From an uncultured Thermoanaerobaculia bacterium (GTDB taxonomy: Bacteria; Acidobacteriota; Thermoanaerobaculia; Thermoanaerobaculales; Sulfomarinibacteraceae), in assembly GCA_964641415.1 (NCBI GenBank), contig CAZXMW010000001.1:66545-130544 (forward strand): a stretch of DNA of 64,000 nt, read 5' to 3'. The notes below the pieces were generated by a model. That model worked only from the letters and a program-made list of their open reading frames with translations. It was not told where the DNA came from and made no database searches. Both the position numbers and the translations under genes were made by a program. Shown here piece by piece: positions 12,501 through 22,000 of this stretch; position 1 is the first letter of the stretch, and each line of letters opens with the position of its first letter.

Positions 12501-12768
12501 CGGCGCCCCCGTCGACGGCGACGCCGCTGAAATCCTCATCCCCAACCCCTCCGGCGCCTGGCTCCATGTCGAGGCCCCGCTCCTCTCCGCCGAGGCCACC
12601 GCCTCCATCGCCTGCGACGTCCTCATCGTCGACCCCGAAGGCGGCTTCAACGAGGCCTATCTCGACAACCTCCACCTCTTCGACCACGGACCTGCCCACC
12701 TCAACGCCATCTTCACCGACGGCTTCGAGTCAGGAACGACATCCGCATGGAGTTCCTCCACCCCCTGA
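550..12768 (+). CDS. Giant secreted multidomain adhesin-like protein (4072 aa)
   Basis: ATG 550 has GGGAGG at 538-543. Signal peptide is ...ALALSAASPVEAQ. Domains readable in the translation: PKD (WTFGDGGTS...HSY), InlB-B-repeat-like (GTGSGTVISSPAGIDCGSDC...FTGWSGGACSG), cadherin-like/VCBS (NDPPVANPD..), and a C-type lectin. There are also 6 Calx-beta units (..STADG.A.AG.DY..), a CSLREAI right-handed beta-helix, about 20 DUF11-like repeats (..TNHGPSDA..) and a CBM-like C-terminus ending DGFESGTTSAWS. Confidence 0.9.
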   Translation: MFSSFSVSPSRTTVIRTGLAALSLALALSAASPVEAQCTVDFTWSPSAVYQGTTVSFNATGATSGTAFNFNDGNLPSGWVVGGGYTVGAETCATSYMNWNSTNFYWASTAGSGTPYIETSGVDVSGGGSIDFIMAYAIQGGSSPCEGPDASGEGVYLEYSTNGGASWTQINYWDPNGGSVGSNPFAGTWTTVAQSIPSGARTTNTKFRWIQKNSSGSAYDNWGIDEVAISGVSSTDWITGYSWTFGDGGTSSVEDPTHSYSSPGAKSVSATVSTHLGCTYTRTKSLTVTNRLPTTNPVSFNGSTISWTYADADGNGQAQYEVEVWQGGTRVWDPAVGSGGASSLAYGGPSLAPATTYTAQVRAFDGYNWGGWSSASYTTPAEHTLSVSRAGTGSGTVISSPAGIDCGSDCSESYVHGTPVNLTATPAVGSLFTGWSGGACSGTGVCSITLNANTTVTANFASPVADSYSFDEDVSKTIAAPGVLGNDAATGLTAALDSGPSNEASFTFNADGSFTYQAAPNWNGADSFTYALSNGSSTSSAATVTLNVAAVDDSPTLTASGAANTFVEDLAAVFADDSILLEDIDGPNLDGAKVSISGGFVAGEDWLDYTPTSGISGSYDGGTGVLSLSGSGTAAAYQAAFRAVTYRNSNSSLPDEGDRTVTFSIGESTLYSPDTGHYYEFVTSSGISWTDAKNAAEARSYYGLQGYLVTATSSAENTFVASKLQGQGWIGASDAGSENVWIWATGPENGTQFWQGLADGYVVGGEYNNWASGEPNNAGGEDYAHYLTNGEWNDYPVQLSGISGYVVEYGGMPGDPAVVSLTADVTVHVQEVNDPPVANPDSTTVIEDGSVTIPVLGNDTDIDDGTPTIIGVTQGSIGAVAHNGSTVTYTPNADANGPDSFTYTISDGRGGAATGAVTVTVTPVADISIGDVTQNEGSGGGTTAFVFTVSLDEPASTTVQIPWSTADGTALAGEDYTAASNTLTLTVGQSSGTISIAVGADEKHELDESFVVNLGAPVNGSLVDGQGAATVANDDPEPTLSVDDPVVAEATGSATTLVFTVSLDRPSYQIVTVSVATSDGDAEAGADYVAIPPTTITFAATETVQTVPVTVIGDDLDELDETLQLDLSSPVNATIADSTGVGTITDDDDTPTLAVADLTVDENDGGGAALVQVTLTGKSQRTITVDAATSDGDAAAGADYTAQTTTFTWLSGETGAQTLSVPITDDGEDEADESFTVSLSSAEAATIADADAAVTIRDNDADVGISKTDDSDLAIPGTPLTYTIVVSNPGHHQVNGATVADVLPPEVLGATWTCSATSGSVCGAASGSGDINTTVDMAPGGSATFILDGTVSETGEGTLVNTATVTLAPGFLSDPDTSDNTASDSSLMERHADLEITLVNDMDPIVVGTPGRWTATLTNHGPSDAPGVLVSFDLPAGAVWDDASPGDCSQAGETVTCTDVASLDIDESASFTFSAHLTELPDAPNPTELTVGATVDFDDGLGAVEENPANSSAVDSVEVGPIVVNTTADDDDGRCTVGHCSLREAISLANLNPPTDDIRFGIPEPMATHGVYRIGVNSIGLGKLPVVTGETRFSGESQPGFEGSSLIVVDGAAAPFGATGLSLTGGASVVSALTVVGFTGHGVMLSNAGNNEISGCTIGVEGAGETANGNLGNGLYIRNVPDTHVHDSVIGANGRSGIVLESSRTTGSSIHDCFIGVGIGGTTALGNGEHGIYVVGASDNDLGPSNLIANNNVNGILVSTGLGNRIEGNEIHGNTLLGIDLANDGVTANDPMDGDDGANHLQNYPVLTRVTEGSAATGIVGDLASAASTEYAVEFFASSACDPSGYGEAETVVWSTTVTTDAGGGVHFELAAPVTVTAGWYLTATATDPDGNTSELSACREVEAAPSVSIGDVSVTESDGGTSVTAAFAVSLSAPSGLPAEVSWSTADGSAVAGLDYQAAAGTVGFAPGQTSAVVEVTVLGDDLDEFDEVFTVVLGSALDCTIADGVGEGVIVDQDEPPSFAIDDQTVAEGAAGTSVDAVFTVTLSAPSGKPITVDWATADGTATAGADYQAGSGQLSFAPGEMTKTVDVMVTGDDVDEFDETFTVELTGESNATPADALGLGTITDDDDEPSVSIGDRTVTEGASGSTVDATFTVSLSAVSGKAITVDWATADGAATAPADYAAASGQLDFAPGETEHTVAVTVAGDDEDEGDHAASVELSGLVNVGAGDLSGDLLITDDDADVNITKTDGVAEATPGTGHSYTVTVANPGNHQVDDAVVTDNLPAALTGTSWSCVASGGAACDQASGTGNLSTTVDLAPGSSVTFTIDGTIDPSARGALSNTATVALVAGLLEDPNLADNTATDNTSLAPAIDLSIVKSDDADPVIAGAALVYTLEVGNAGPSDATGVEVTDTLPAGVSFVSASPGCVESAGVVACAVGDLAATASTNMVVAVDVDPETRGTISNTAVVSGVETDSDPGNDSDSEDTVVEASADLDLAKEAPVSVSRGDSFDVSLTVTNLGQSDAFGVVVDDPTPQGLTFDGATAPCDGGFPCDLGALEAGASAAITVSLTIPVDYDGPDPITNTASVSAETPDPVSGNNLAATTTAVDRTPEADLVVAKSGPPTVAPGSAITWSVTVTNDGPDQASDAELVDTIPAGLVFASASTGCGEAAGVVTCLLGDLAAHESATVAITATVPVDYAGSDPIVNTATVGSAVADPDDTNDSDSASTALGADTMDLSIIKTAPETAELSDVITYTLTVTNHGPATAVGVVASDVLPAEVAFVSASAGCAEGGGQVDCDFGDLAAGASASATIDVEVIAASGLIVNTATVAAIGPIDADASNNVSSASTAVGELPADVAVTVDLPDEAVPGRELPATVVVTNHGPAAASGVSLDVPAPAGLAELGVSAPCSSGFPCSLGDLAAGSSRIVTVSYAVSSDYAGPDPIVVSATATTLTTDADPANDTGTATTPVLRLVDLAVDLVDLPDPVVAGSGVGNLGYTLTLVNAGPTDASNATVDLGTVLPAGVSVVSVTPVSGSWAGSTWTVASLPAGGSESLIMLLTVDATAAHGAIISATATVTGAAEVLINFGDDTATEMTTVTRAVDLIVDVAESADPVVAGSGAGNVVHTVTVTNAGPSMATGVVLSEILTLPAGASLDSATPSQGGYAVPAWTVGELPVGASATLTMVVTASADAADGSTVDSSAAVTAANEALVNTGDDADFESTTINREVDLAVAVTESVDPVVAGSGAGNLTHVVTVTNHGPSFATSLGLDVTAALPSGVILDSAVASQGGFVAPAWTVGELPVGASATLTLTFSVGEEAVDGAEITTGAAVSGAAETIVNPGDDAAVEATTVSREHDVSVTITESVDPVAAGAPSPSLTYVVIARNFGPSGVSGLTLDVATTLPAGVVIEDIIPSAGVFADPTWTVGELGNGASETLTIQLGVSSAAADGSQISCGAGVTAASGTLLNPGDDSALEVTTVIAEADLELAAAQSVDPVVAGSGAGNLVHTVTVTNHGPSDALATAVDIAVVLPAGATLDSVVPSAGGWADPVWTVGDLASGASASVELVYTVGASAAAGGAIELAAAATASVSLVNPTNDAVAVSTLVDALTDLELDKSDGEDPLVSGPDLAYTLEVLNHGPSDSTGATVVDMLPAEASFVSASPGCVHDSGTVTCALSGVAAGASALLVIEVTVDPTAPFIDNTASVAADEPDPVPGNDADTERTTLDVVPPQVDHLLSTASDDDGVLDECDTITGEIVTLGVVFDEIMHDPPGDTEPLDVTSPDAYLLVGAGPDADIDTVDCSGVLGDDIAVPVDAVGYSAASSTATLSFPYPVTLSHDLHRFVLCADRLADRAGNLLDGDGNGSPGDHHVTTFRVDAHNLFDNGHLDCSLDAWTAVSTLPEEIEYDPADVDDSSLSGSAHITYLAPQPYIGVSQCRPLDGAHDLTLAAEIALHPTSNYTATIHLQCLSFDTTDCSGAPVDGDAAEILIPNPSGAWLHVEAPLLSAEATASIACDVLIVDPEGGFNEAYLDNLHLFDHGPAHLNAIFTDGFESGTTSAWSSSTP
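2560..2982 (+). other. C-type lectin-like domain inside adhesin 1 with EPN and WND sugar/Ca2+ motifs
   Basis: The translation reads YSPDTGHYYEFVTSSGISWTDAKNAAE...GYLVTATSSAENTFV...WIGASD...NNWASGEPNNAGGEDYAHYL.NGEWNDYP. EPN is encoded at 2869-2877 and WND at 2923-2931, both in frame with ATG 550. Confidence 0.6.
9484..11400 (+). repeat. Five tandem coding repeats of about 128 aa (about 384 bp) of the DUF11-like unit (VDL.V.V.ES.DPVVAGSGAGN..HTVTVTN.GPS...WTVGELP.GAS.TL...)
   Basis: Read in the translation. Units 2 and 3 share identical DNA cores (cggcgtggacggtgggcgagctgcccgtgggcgcgtcggcgac at 10067 and 10451, offset 384). A twin array lies at 20263-22179. Confidence 0.7.
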
Positions 12769-12795
12769 CCCCTCGACCCTCCCAACCCTCCTCCC

Positions 12796-12829
12796 GCGCC
12801 CGGGGCAGCCCCCCGGGCGCCCCTTTTTC
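12796..12829 (+). terminator. Rho-independent terminator candidate after adhesin 1
   Basis: Perfect 10-bp GC stem GCGCCCGGGG (12796-12805) / CCCCGGGCGC (12811-12820) with a 5-nt loop, followed by CCCTTTTTCC. It lies 28 nt after the stop codon. Confidence 0.7.
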
Positions 12830-12942
12830 CTGACCCGGCCGGCAACAAAAAGCTCCCGGCTGTCAGGCCAACGCCGTCCACGAATGACGGCCGCGGAACG
12901 CGAGGCCTCGGTGACCGGTCCGAGCGGGAACGGAAAAATCCC

Positions 12943-12958
12943 GGTGACCTGTATCACA
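12943..12958 (+). promoter_or_regulatory. CRP/FNR-family-like palindrome GGTGACCTGTATCACA upstream of adhesin gene 2
   Basis: 9/10 match to TGTGA-N6-TCACA with the identical spacer CCTGTA. It lies 138 nt upstream of ATG 13081, the same distance as site 412-427 from ATG 550. A GTGGAACC box at 12970-12977 has the same spacing. Confidence 0.4.
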
Positions 12959-13080
12959 ACCGGACGTCTGTGGAACCAATGACCGGAATGGAAGCGCTCA
13001 AGCCTCAAGCCTCATTGGTCGGATCGACGACAACCGTGATCCTGCCCACCATCGGAACAGCTTTCCAGCGGAGGTCATCC

Positions 13081-16000
13081 ATGTTCGCCACCAGCTCTCG
13101 CCGGGTCGTCTCACTCGTAATGCTTCTCATCCTCACTCTCGCGATTCCGGGATGGGTCCTTGCCGAGCCCGAAGACGCCGCGGTCCTGGTTGAGACGCGG
13201 AAAGCGGGAGCTCGGATGCTCCTCGATCCCGACGACATCCTGGTTGCGATTCCCGAGGCAACGGCGATTGCCGAGCTCGGTCTCGCCCCCGGGGCGGCCG
13301 TGGAGCTTCCGGAAGGAAGCCCCTTCCGCGTCGACGGCAGTCTCCTCGTCGCTGCTCGCCAGCTCGTCTTTGATGCCTCCGGCGTCCACACCGTGACCAT
13401 CGTCAGCGCGGATGGAGATCGCGAGCAGGTCGAGATCATGCTGCCCCTCGTCGCCGGGCCCGAAACCAAGACCATGGTCGGAAACGAGGTCTTCCTCCAG
13501 GGCTCGTACGTCGAGGTCGGCATGGCGGAAGGCGGCTTCTTCGGAACCTCGGGCGCCGCTCCGACCGGCTTCCACGAAATCGGGCGCAGCACGCTCGGTT
13601 TCGTCGCCGACTACGGCCGCGACGGCTGGACCACCGGCAGCCCGGCGCAGACCGGCGACTACTTCCTGCCCGGCAGCCCCTTCGAGGGCTGGTCGGTGAA
13701 GTGGGACGAGGGCGGCACCGTCTACGGCAACTTCGGCGGCACCACTCAGAACTTCCCGATGCAGGCAGTCACCGAAACCAGCGCCGGTTCGACCCAGGCC
13801 GCGGCCTGGGTCGGCGAGCTCACGACCGGCTCCGGGAGTCTGCGGGCGCTTCAGAATGTTGCCTTCGAGTCCGATGACCTGTTCTTCGTCATGAGCGTGA
13901 CCCTCGAGAACATCGGCTCGACCACCCTGACCAACGTCCGCTACCTGCGCAGCGTCGACCCCGACCAGGAGGTCGACCTCGGAGGCGACTACTCGACCCT
14001 CAACTCGGTTCACTACCAGCCGGGCACCACCGGCAACCCGGACAAGGCCTTGGTCGTGGCCAACGGCCAGATCTGGGGGCTGACCCTGGGCCTCGGGACC
14101 TTCGACAGCCGGGCGGTTGTGACCACCGAAAGCCCCTGGCCGCAAGACCCCGACGCCGTCATCGGCTCGCCCGAGGCGCCCTCTCCGTCGAGCCCGACCA
14201 ACGCCGACGCCGCCATCGCACTGGCCTTCAGTCTGGGCGACCTCGCTCCCGGCCAGACGGTCTCCTTCAGCTACGCCTACATCCTCAACGCCGACGACCT
14301 GGACGTAGCTCTCGGCAACCTCGAGGCGGTGACGATCCTCCAGCCCGGCGGCACGATCTCGGGAACCAACGTCCCCTTCCACGCCACCACGAGCGACCCG
14401 GCCAACACAACCCAGGTCGAGTTCTTCATCAACGGCACCAGCATCGGGTTCGATACCACGCCGGACGCGGGCGGCGTCTTCGGCCTCACCTTCAACTCCA
14501 CCGACTACCCCAACGGCACCCTCTACAAGTTCCTCAAGGCCGAGGCGACCTTTGCCGACGGTTCCAAAGCCTCCAAGAGCGCCACCGTGACGATCGCCAA
14601 CGACGGCCCCCCCGTGGTCTTTGTGACTCCGATCTCGGGGGCCAGCGTCGACGGCGACGACCTCCCGGTCGAGGTGGAGGGGACCGACCCGCTCCATCTC
14701 CCCGCCAGCGTCAGTTTCTTCCGCGAGACCTCGGGGACCGGCTCGATCTTCCTCGGCGAGATCACGAGCGCGCCTTTCGCCACGACCTACGACACCTCGG
14801 ACCTGCCGACTGACGAGACCGTGGTTCTCAAGGCGATCGCCACCGACTCGGTGGGCAACGAGACCGTCATCTACACCTCGGTCACCACCGCGATCAACTA
14901 TCCGCCGACCGACATCACCCTGAGCCCGACCTCGGTGCCGGAGAACAGCCTCGGCGGAACCCTGGTCGGGACCCTTGACACCATCGACCCCAATACCTGG
15001 GACACCTTTACCTACGAGCTGCTCGATGATGCGGGCGGCCGTTTTCAGATCTCGGGCGGCCAGCTGCAGGTGGCGCCGGGCGCCGACCTCAACTACGAGG
15101 TCGCTTCGAGCCACTCCATCGAGGTCCGCAGCACCGACTCCGGCGGCCATCAGGTCGGCAGGGTCTTCACGATCACGGTCATCAACGTCGCCGAGCCGCT
15201 GATCTCGGTCGCGGACCTGACGGTCTCTGAGGGCGATGGGACGGCCGAGGTCGTCCTGACTCTCGCCGACCCGTCGGCAAGCCCGACCTCCGTCACCTGC
15301 GCGACCTCCGACGGGACCGCGGTGGCGGTCGAGGACTACACGGCGACCTCGGCGATCGTGACCTGGCCCGGCGGATCCGGTGGCGCCCAAGTGTGCTCCG
15401 TGCCGATCGTCGACGACGGCCGTTATGCGCCGTCCGAGAGCTTCAGCGTCACGCTTTCATCACCGGTCAACGGCGAGATCACCGACGGCTCGGCGGTGGT
15501 CACGATCACGGACGACGACGACCCGCCCACCATCGACGCCGACGCCGACCGAACGGTCGACGAGACCGACGGCTCGATCGAGCTCACCGTGACCATGACG
15601 AACCAGTGCGAGCAGACGGTGACGGTCGACGCCGCGACTGCCGACGGCTCCGCGTTGGCGGGGTCGGACTACACGTCGGTCAGCACAGTGCTGACCTGGT
15701 CCGCGGGCGAGGACGGCCCACGCACCGTGACGGTGACCATCACCGACGACGACATCGACGAGGACGACGAAGCCTTCAGTCTCGAGCTCGCCAACCCGGT
15801 CAACGCCGCCATCGGCGACGGCCAGACCGGTGTCACCATCACCGACGACGAGCTCGTGGTCAACACCACGTCGGACCACAACGACGGGGCCTGCACGGTC
15901 GCCGACTGCACGCTGCGCGAGGCGATTTTGGCCTCGAACGCGAGAGCTCAGGACGACACGATCCGGTTCGCCATTCCGGCCGGAATGGCGAGCGGAGGAA

Positions 16001-19000
16001 TCTACACGATCCGGGTCGGGGGTCCGAGCGGCTCGCTCGGGACGCTGCCGGTCATGACCGACCAGGTCGTCATCGACGGACCGAGTCAGCCGGGGTACGC
16101 GGGCGATCCGATCATCGAGCTCGACGGAACACTGGCCGGATTCGGGAGCAACGGGCTCACCGTCCTTGCCGGTTCGTCGGTTGTCGACTCCCTCGTCGTC
16201 AACCGTTTCGAGGGCCACGGAGTCTACCTCGCCGGCGCCGGCGGAGATCAGGTTCTCGGGTGTCGGATCGGCATCGACTCGGGGGGCCTCTCGCCGCTGT
16301 CGAACGGCGGCAACGGCATCTACATTCGCGATGTGCCGAACACGGTCATCGGCGGTGCGGCCGCGGGCCAGGGCAACCTGATCGGCGCCAACGGGCTCAG
16401 CGGCATCGCCGTCGAGTCGGCAGGCGCGGTTGACGGCACGATCGAGGGCAACGTCATCGGCGTCGGTAGCGACGGGGCCACCCGGCTCGGCAACGGTCGC
16501 CACGGTATTCACATCCTCGGCGCCTCGAACACGACGATTGGAGGAGCCGATGCCGGCGCGGGCAACACCATTGCCAACAACAACGTCAACGGCATTTTGG
16601 TGTCGACCGGGTTGGGCAATCGGATCGAGGGCAACGAGATTCATGGGAACACGTTGTTGGGGATCGACCTAGCGAACGACGGTGTGACGGCGAACGACCC
16701 GATGGACGGGGACGATGGCGCGAATCATCTGCAGAACTACCCGGTGCTGACGCGGGTGACTGAGGGGAGCGCGGCGACCGGGATCGTCGGGGATCTTGCG
16801 AGCGCGGCGTCGACGGAGTATGCGGTGGAGTTTTTCGCGAGCTCGGCGTGCGATCCGTCGGGTTACGGCGAGGCGGAGACGGTGGTGTGGTCGACGACGG
16901 TGACGACCGACGCGGGCGGCGGGGTCCATTTCGAGCTGGCGGCGCCGGTGACGGTGACGGCCGGCTGGTACCTGACGGCGACGGCGACGGATCCGGACGG
17001 CAACACCTCTGAGCTGTCGGCGTGTCGCGAGGTCGAGGCGGCGCCTTCGGTATCGATCGGCGATGTGTCGGTCACGGAGTCGGACGGCGGCACGAGCGTG
17101 ACGGCGGCGTTTGCGGTGAGCCTGTCGGCGCCGAGCGGTCTACCGGCCGAGGTGTCGTGGTCGACGGCGGACGGCAGTGCGGTTGCGGGTCTGGACTACC
17201 AGGCGGCTGCGGGCACGGTGGGCTTTGCGCCGGGGCAGACGTCGGCGGTGGTGGAGGTCACGGTGCTCGGCGACGATCTCGACGAGTTCGACGAGGTCTT
17301 CACGGTGGTTCTGGGCTCTGCGCTGGACTGCACGATCGCCGACGGTGTCGGCGAGGGAGTGATCGTCGACCAGGACGAGCCGCCGAGCTTTGCGATCGAC
17401 GATCAGACCGTGGCCGAGGGTGCGGCCGGCACGAGTGTGGACGCGGTCTTCACGGTGACGCTGTCGGCGCCATCGGGCAAGCCGATCACGGTGGACTGGG
17501 CGACGGCGGACGGCACGGCGACGGCGGGCGCGGACTACCAGGCGGGCTCGGGCCAGCTGAGCTTCGCGCCGGGCGAGATGACGAAGACCGTCGACGTCAT
17601 GGTCACTGGTGACGACGTCGACGAGTTCGACGAGACCTTCACGGTGGAGCTGACGGGCGAGAGCAACGCGACGCCGGCCGATGCGTTGGGTCTGGGGACG
17701 ATCACGGACGACGACGACGAGCCGTCAGTGTCGATCGGCGACCGGACGGTGACGGAAGGCGCGAGCGGGAGCACGGTGGATGCGACGTTTACGGTGAGCC
17801 TGTCGGCGGTGTCCGGCAAGGCGATCACGGTGGACTGGGCGACGGCGGACGGCGCGGCGACGGCGCCGGCGGACTATGCTGCGGCGTCCGGTCAGCTGGA
17901 CTTTGCGCCGGGCGAGACCGAGCACACGGTCGCGGTGACCGTGGCGGGCGACGACGAGGACGAGGGCGATCACGCGGCGAGCGTGGAGCTGTCGGGTCTG
18001 GTCAACGTCGGTGCCGGTGATCTGTCGGGCGATCTTTTGATCACGGACGACGACGCGGACGTCAACATCACGAAGACCGACGGTGTGGCCGAGGCGACGC
18101 CGGGGACCGGCCACAGCTACACGGTGACGGTGGCGAATCCCGGCAACCATCAGGTCGACGATGCGGTCGTGACGGACAACCTGCCGGCGGCCCTGACCGG
18201 GACGAGCTGGAGCTGTGTGGCCTCGGGCGGCGCGGCGTGCGACCAGGCCTCGGGGACCGGCAACCTGTCGACCACGGTCGATCTGGCGCCGGGCAGCTCG
18301 GTGACCTTCACCATCGACGGGACCATTGATCCGTCGGCGCGCGGCGCGCTTTCCAACACCGCGACGGTGGCGCTGGTGGCCGGGCTGCTGGAGGATCCGA
18401 ATCTCGCGGACAACACGGCTACGGACAACACCAGCCTGGCGCCGGCCATCGATCTTTCGATCGTGAAGTCTGACGACGCGGACCCGGTGATTGCGGGGGC
18501 GGCGCTGGTCTACACCCTCGAGGTGGGCAATGCCGGTCCCTCCGACGCCACCGGCGTCGAGGTGACGGACACCCTGCCGGCGGGCGTGAGCTTTGTTTCA
18601 GCGTCGCCGGGATGTGTCGAGTCGGCCGGGGTGGTGGCGTGCGCGGTGGGCGATCTGGCGGCGACGGCTTCGACGAACATGGTCGTAGCGGTCGATGTCG
18701 ATCCCGAGACGCGCGGCACCATCAGCAACACAGCGGTCGTCTCGGGTGTCGAGACCGACAGCGATCCCGGAAACGATTCCGACTCCGAGGACACGGTGGT
18801 GGAGGCGTCGGCGGATCTCGATCTGGCCAAGGAGGCGCCGGTTTCGGTGAGCCGCGGCGACAGCTTCGATGTTTCGCTGACTGTCACGAACCTCGGTCAG
18901 TCGGACGCCTTCGGCGTGGTAGTGGACGACCCGACGCCGCAGGGTTTGACTTTCGACGGTGCGACGGCGCCGTGCGATGGCGGCTTCCCGTGCGATCTGG

Positions 19001-22000
19001 GCGCCCTGGAAGCGGGCGCGAGCGCGGCGATCACCGTCAGTCTCACCATCCCGGTCGACTACGACGGGCCGGACCCGATCACCAACACGGCTTCGGTGTC
19101 CGCGGAGACCCCGGACCCGGTATCGGGGAACAACCTGGCGGCGACCACGACGGCGGTCGACCGGACGCCGGAGGCCGACCTGGTGGTGGCCAAGAGCGGG
19201 CCGCCGACGGTGGCGCCGGGATCTGCGATCACCTGGAGCGTGACGGTGACCAATGACGGTCCGGATCAGGCGAGTGATGCGGAGCTCGTCGACACGATTC
19301 CGGCCGGTCTGGTGTTTGCGTCGGCCTCGACCGGGTGCGGCGAGGCTGCCGGTGTCGTGACCTGTTTGCTGGGCGATCTGGCGGCTCATGAGAGCGCGAC
19401 GGTGGCGATCACGGCGACGGTGCCGGTGGACTACGCGGGCTCTGATCCCATCGTCAACACCGCTACGGTCGGCTCGGCGGTGGCCGATCCGGATGACACG
19501 AACGACTCGGACAGTGCGTCCACGGCCCTGGGTGCGGACACGATGGATCTGTCGATCATCAAGACCGCCCCGGAGACCGCGGAGCTGAGCGATGTGATCA
19601 CCTACACCCTGACCGTGACCAACCACGGGCCGGCGACGGCGGTGGGCGTCGTCGCGAGCGACGTGCTGCCGGCGGAGGTGGCGTTTGTCAGCGCTTCTGC
19701 GGGCTGTGCCGAGGGCGGTGGTCAGGTGGACTGCGACTTCGGCGATCTGGCGGCGGGCGCGAGCGCGTCGGCGACGATTGATGTCGAGGTGATCGCGGCG
19801 TCGGGTCTGATCGTCAACACGGCGACGGTGGCTGCGATCGGCCCGATCGACGCCGATGCTTCGAACAACGTCTCCTCAGCCTCGACGGCGGTCGGTGAGC
19901 TGCCGGCCGACGTGGCGGTGACCGTCGATCTGCCGGACGAGGCGGTGCCGGGGCGGGAGCTGCCGGCGACGGTGGTGGTGACCAACCACGGGCCGGCCGC
20001 GGCCTCCGGGGTGAGCCTGGACGTCCCGGCGCCTGCCGGGCTGGCCGAGCTTGGGGTGAGCGCCCCGTGCTCGTCCGGATTCCCGTGCAGCCTCGGCGAT
20101 CTCGCCGCCGGCTCGTCGCGGATCGTGACGGTCAGCTATGCGGTGTCGTCGGACTACGCGGGTCCGGACCCGATCGTGGTGAGCGCAACCGCGACCACGC
20201 TGACGACCGACGCCGATCCGGCGAACGACACCGGAACGGCAACGACGCCGGTGCTGCGGCTGGTCGATCTGGCCGTGGATCTGGTGGACCTGCCGGATCC
20301 GGTGGTGGCGGGCAGCGGAGTTGGAAACCTCGGCTACACGCTGACTCTGGTCAACGCTGGTCCGACCGACGCGTCGAACGCGACCGTCGATCTCGGCACG
20401 GTGCTGCCGGCCGGGGTGAGCGTGGTTTCGGTGACGCCGGTGAGCGGCAGCTGGGCTGGGTCGACCTGGACGGTGGCGTCGCTGCCGGCGGGGGGCTCTG
20501 AGAGCCTGATCATGCTGCTGACGGTGGACGCGACGGCGGCGCACGGGGCCATTATTTCGGCGACTGCGACCGTGACCGGCGCGGCTGAGGTCCTGATCAA
20601 CTTCGGCGACGACACGGCGACCGAGATGACGACGGTCACGCGGGCGGTGGATCTCATCGTGGACGTGGCCGAGAGCGCGGACCCGGTGGTCGCGGGCTCG
20701 GGCGCCGGGAACGTCGTCCACACGGTGACCGTGACCAACGCCGGTCCGTCGATGGCGACGGGCGTGGTCCTCAGCGAGATACTGACGCTGCCGGCGGGCG
20801 CGAGCCTGGACTCGGCGACGCCGAGTCAGGGCGGCTATGCGGTCCCGGCGTGGACGGTGGGCGAGCTGCCCGTGGGCGCGTCGGCGACGCTGACCATGGT
20901 GGTCACGGCCTCGGCCGACGCGGCCGACGGCTCGACGGTGGATTCCAGCGCGGCGGTCACGGCCGCCAACGAGGCACTGGTCAACACCGGCGACGACGCG
21001 GACTTTGAGAGCACGACCATCAACCGCGAGGTGGACCTGGCGGTGGCGGTGACGGAGAGCGTCGACCCGGTGGTCGCGGGCTCGGGCGCGGGCAACCTCA
21101 CTCATGTCGTGACCGTCACCAATCACGGTCCGTCGTTTGCGACCTCGCTGGGGCTCGACGTCACGGCCGCTCTGCCTTCGGGGGTGATCCTCGACTCGGC
21201 GGTGGCGAGCCAGGGCGGTTTCGTGGCTCCGGCGTGGACGGTGGGCGAGCTGCCCGTGGGCGCGTCGGCGACCCTGACCCTGACCTTCAGCGTCGGGGAA
21301 GAGGCCGTGGACGGCGCCGAGATCACGACCGGCGCGGCGGTTTCCGGCGCGGCCGAGACCATCGTCAACCCGGGCGACGACGCGGCTGTCGAGGCCACCA
21401 CGGTGAGCCGTGAGCACGACGTCTCGGTGACCATCACCGAGTCGGTCGACCCGGTGGCGGCGGGTGCGCCGTCGCCGAGCCTGACCTACGTCGTGATCGC
21501 CCGCAACTTCGGTCCATCGGGCGTCTCCGGGCTCACTCTCGACGTCGCGACGACGCTGCCGGCGGGCGTGGTGATCGAGGACATCATTCCCTCGGCGGGG
21601 GTTTTCGCCGACCCGACGTGGACGGTGGGCGAGCTGGGCAACGGAGCGAGCGAGACGCTGACCATCCAGCTCGGGGTGTCGAGCGCGGCGGCGGACGGCT
21701 CGCAGATCAGCTGCGGGGCGGGCGTCACGGCGGCATCCGGCACGCTCCTCAACCCCGGGGACGACTCGGCGCTTGAGGTCACCACGGTGATCGCCGAGGC
21801 GGACCTCGAGCTGGCGGCGGCTCAGAGCGTCGACCCGGTCGTCGCGGGCTCGGGCGCCGGCAATCTGGTGCACACTGTGACCGTCACCAACCATGGTCCG
21901 TCGGACGCCCTCGCGACCGCGGTCGACATCGCCGTCGTTCTGCCTGCGGGAGCGACCCTGGACAGCGTTGTGCCGAGTGCGGGCGGCTGGGCCGACCCGG

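Larger units (their letters stand above)
5791..12920. repeat. Copy 1 of a 7,130-bp apparently identical direct repeat (3' 2/3 of adhesin 1, stop, terminator and 152 bp downstream)
   Basis: Every six-frame ORF in this span has an identical-translation twin shifted by +10,779 (for example 9097..11487 and 19876..22266). Junctions read directly. Left: ...gagcaacctg|attgccaaca vs ...ggcaacacc|attgccaaca. Right: ...gtgaccggtc|cgagcggg vs ...gtgaccggtc|accaaggt. Confidence 0.9.

Noticed and set aside
13111-15390. 759-aa minus-strand ORF
   Set aside because: It is antisense to the N-terminal part of adhesin 2. It has no recognisable motif and an Arg/Gly/Asp-rich composition.
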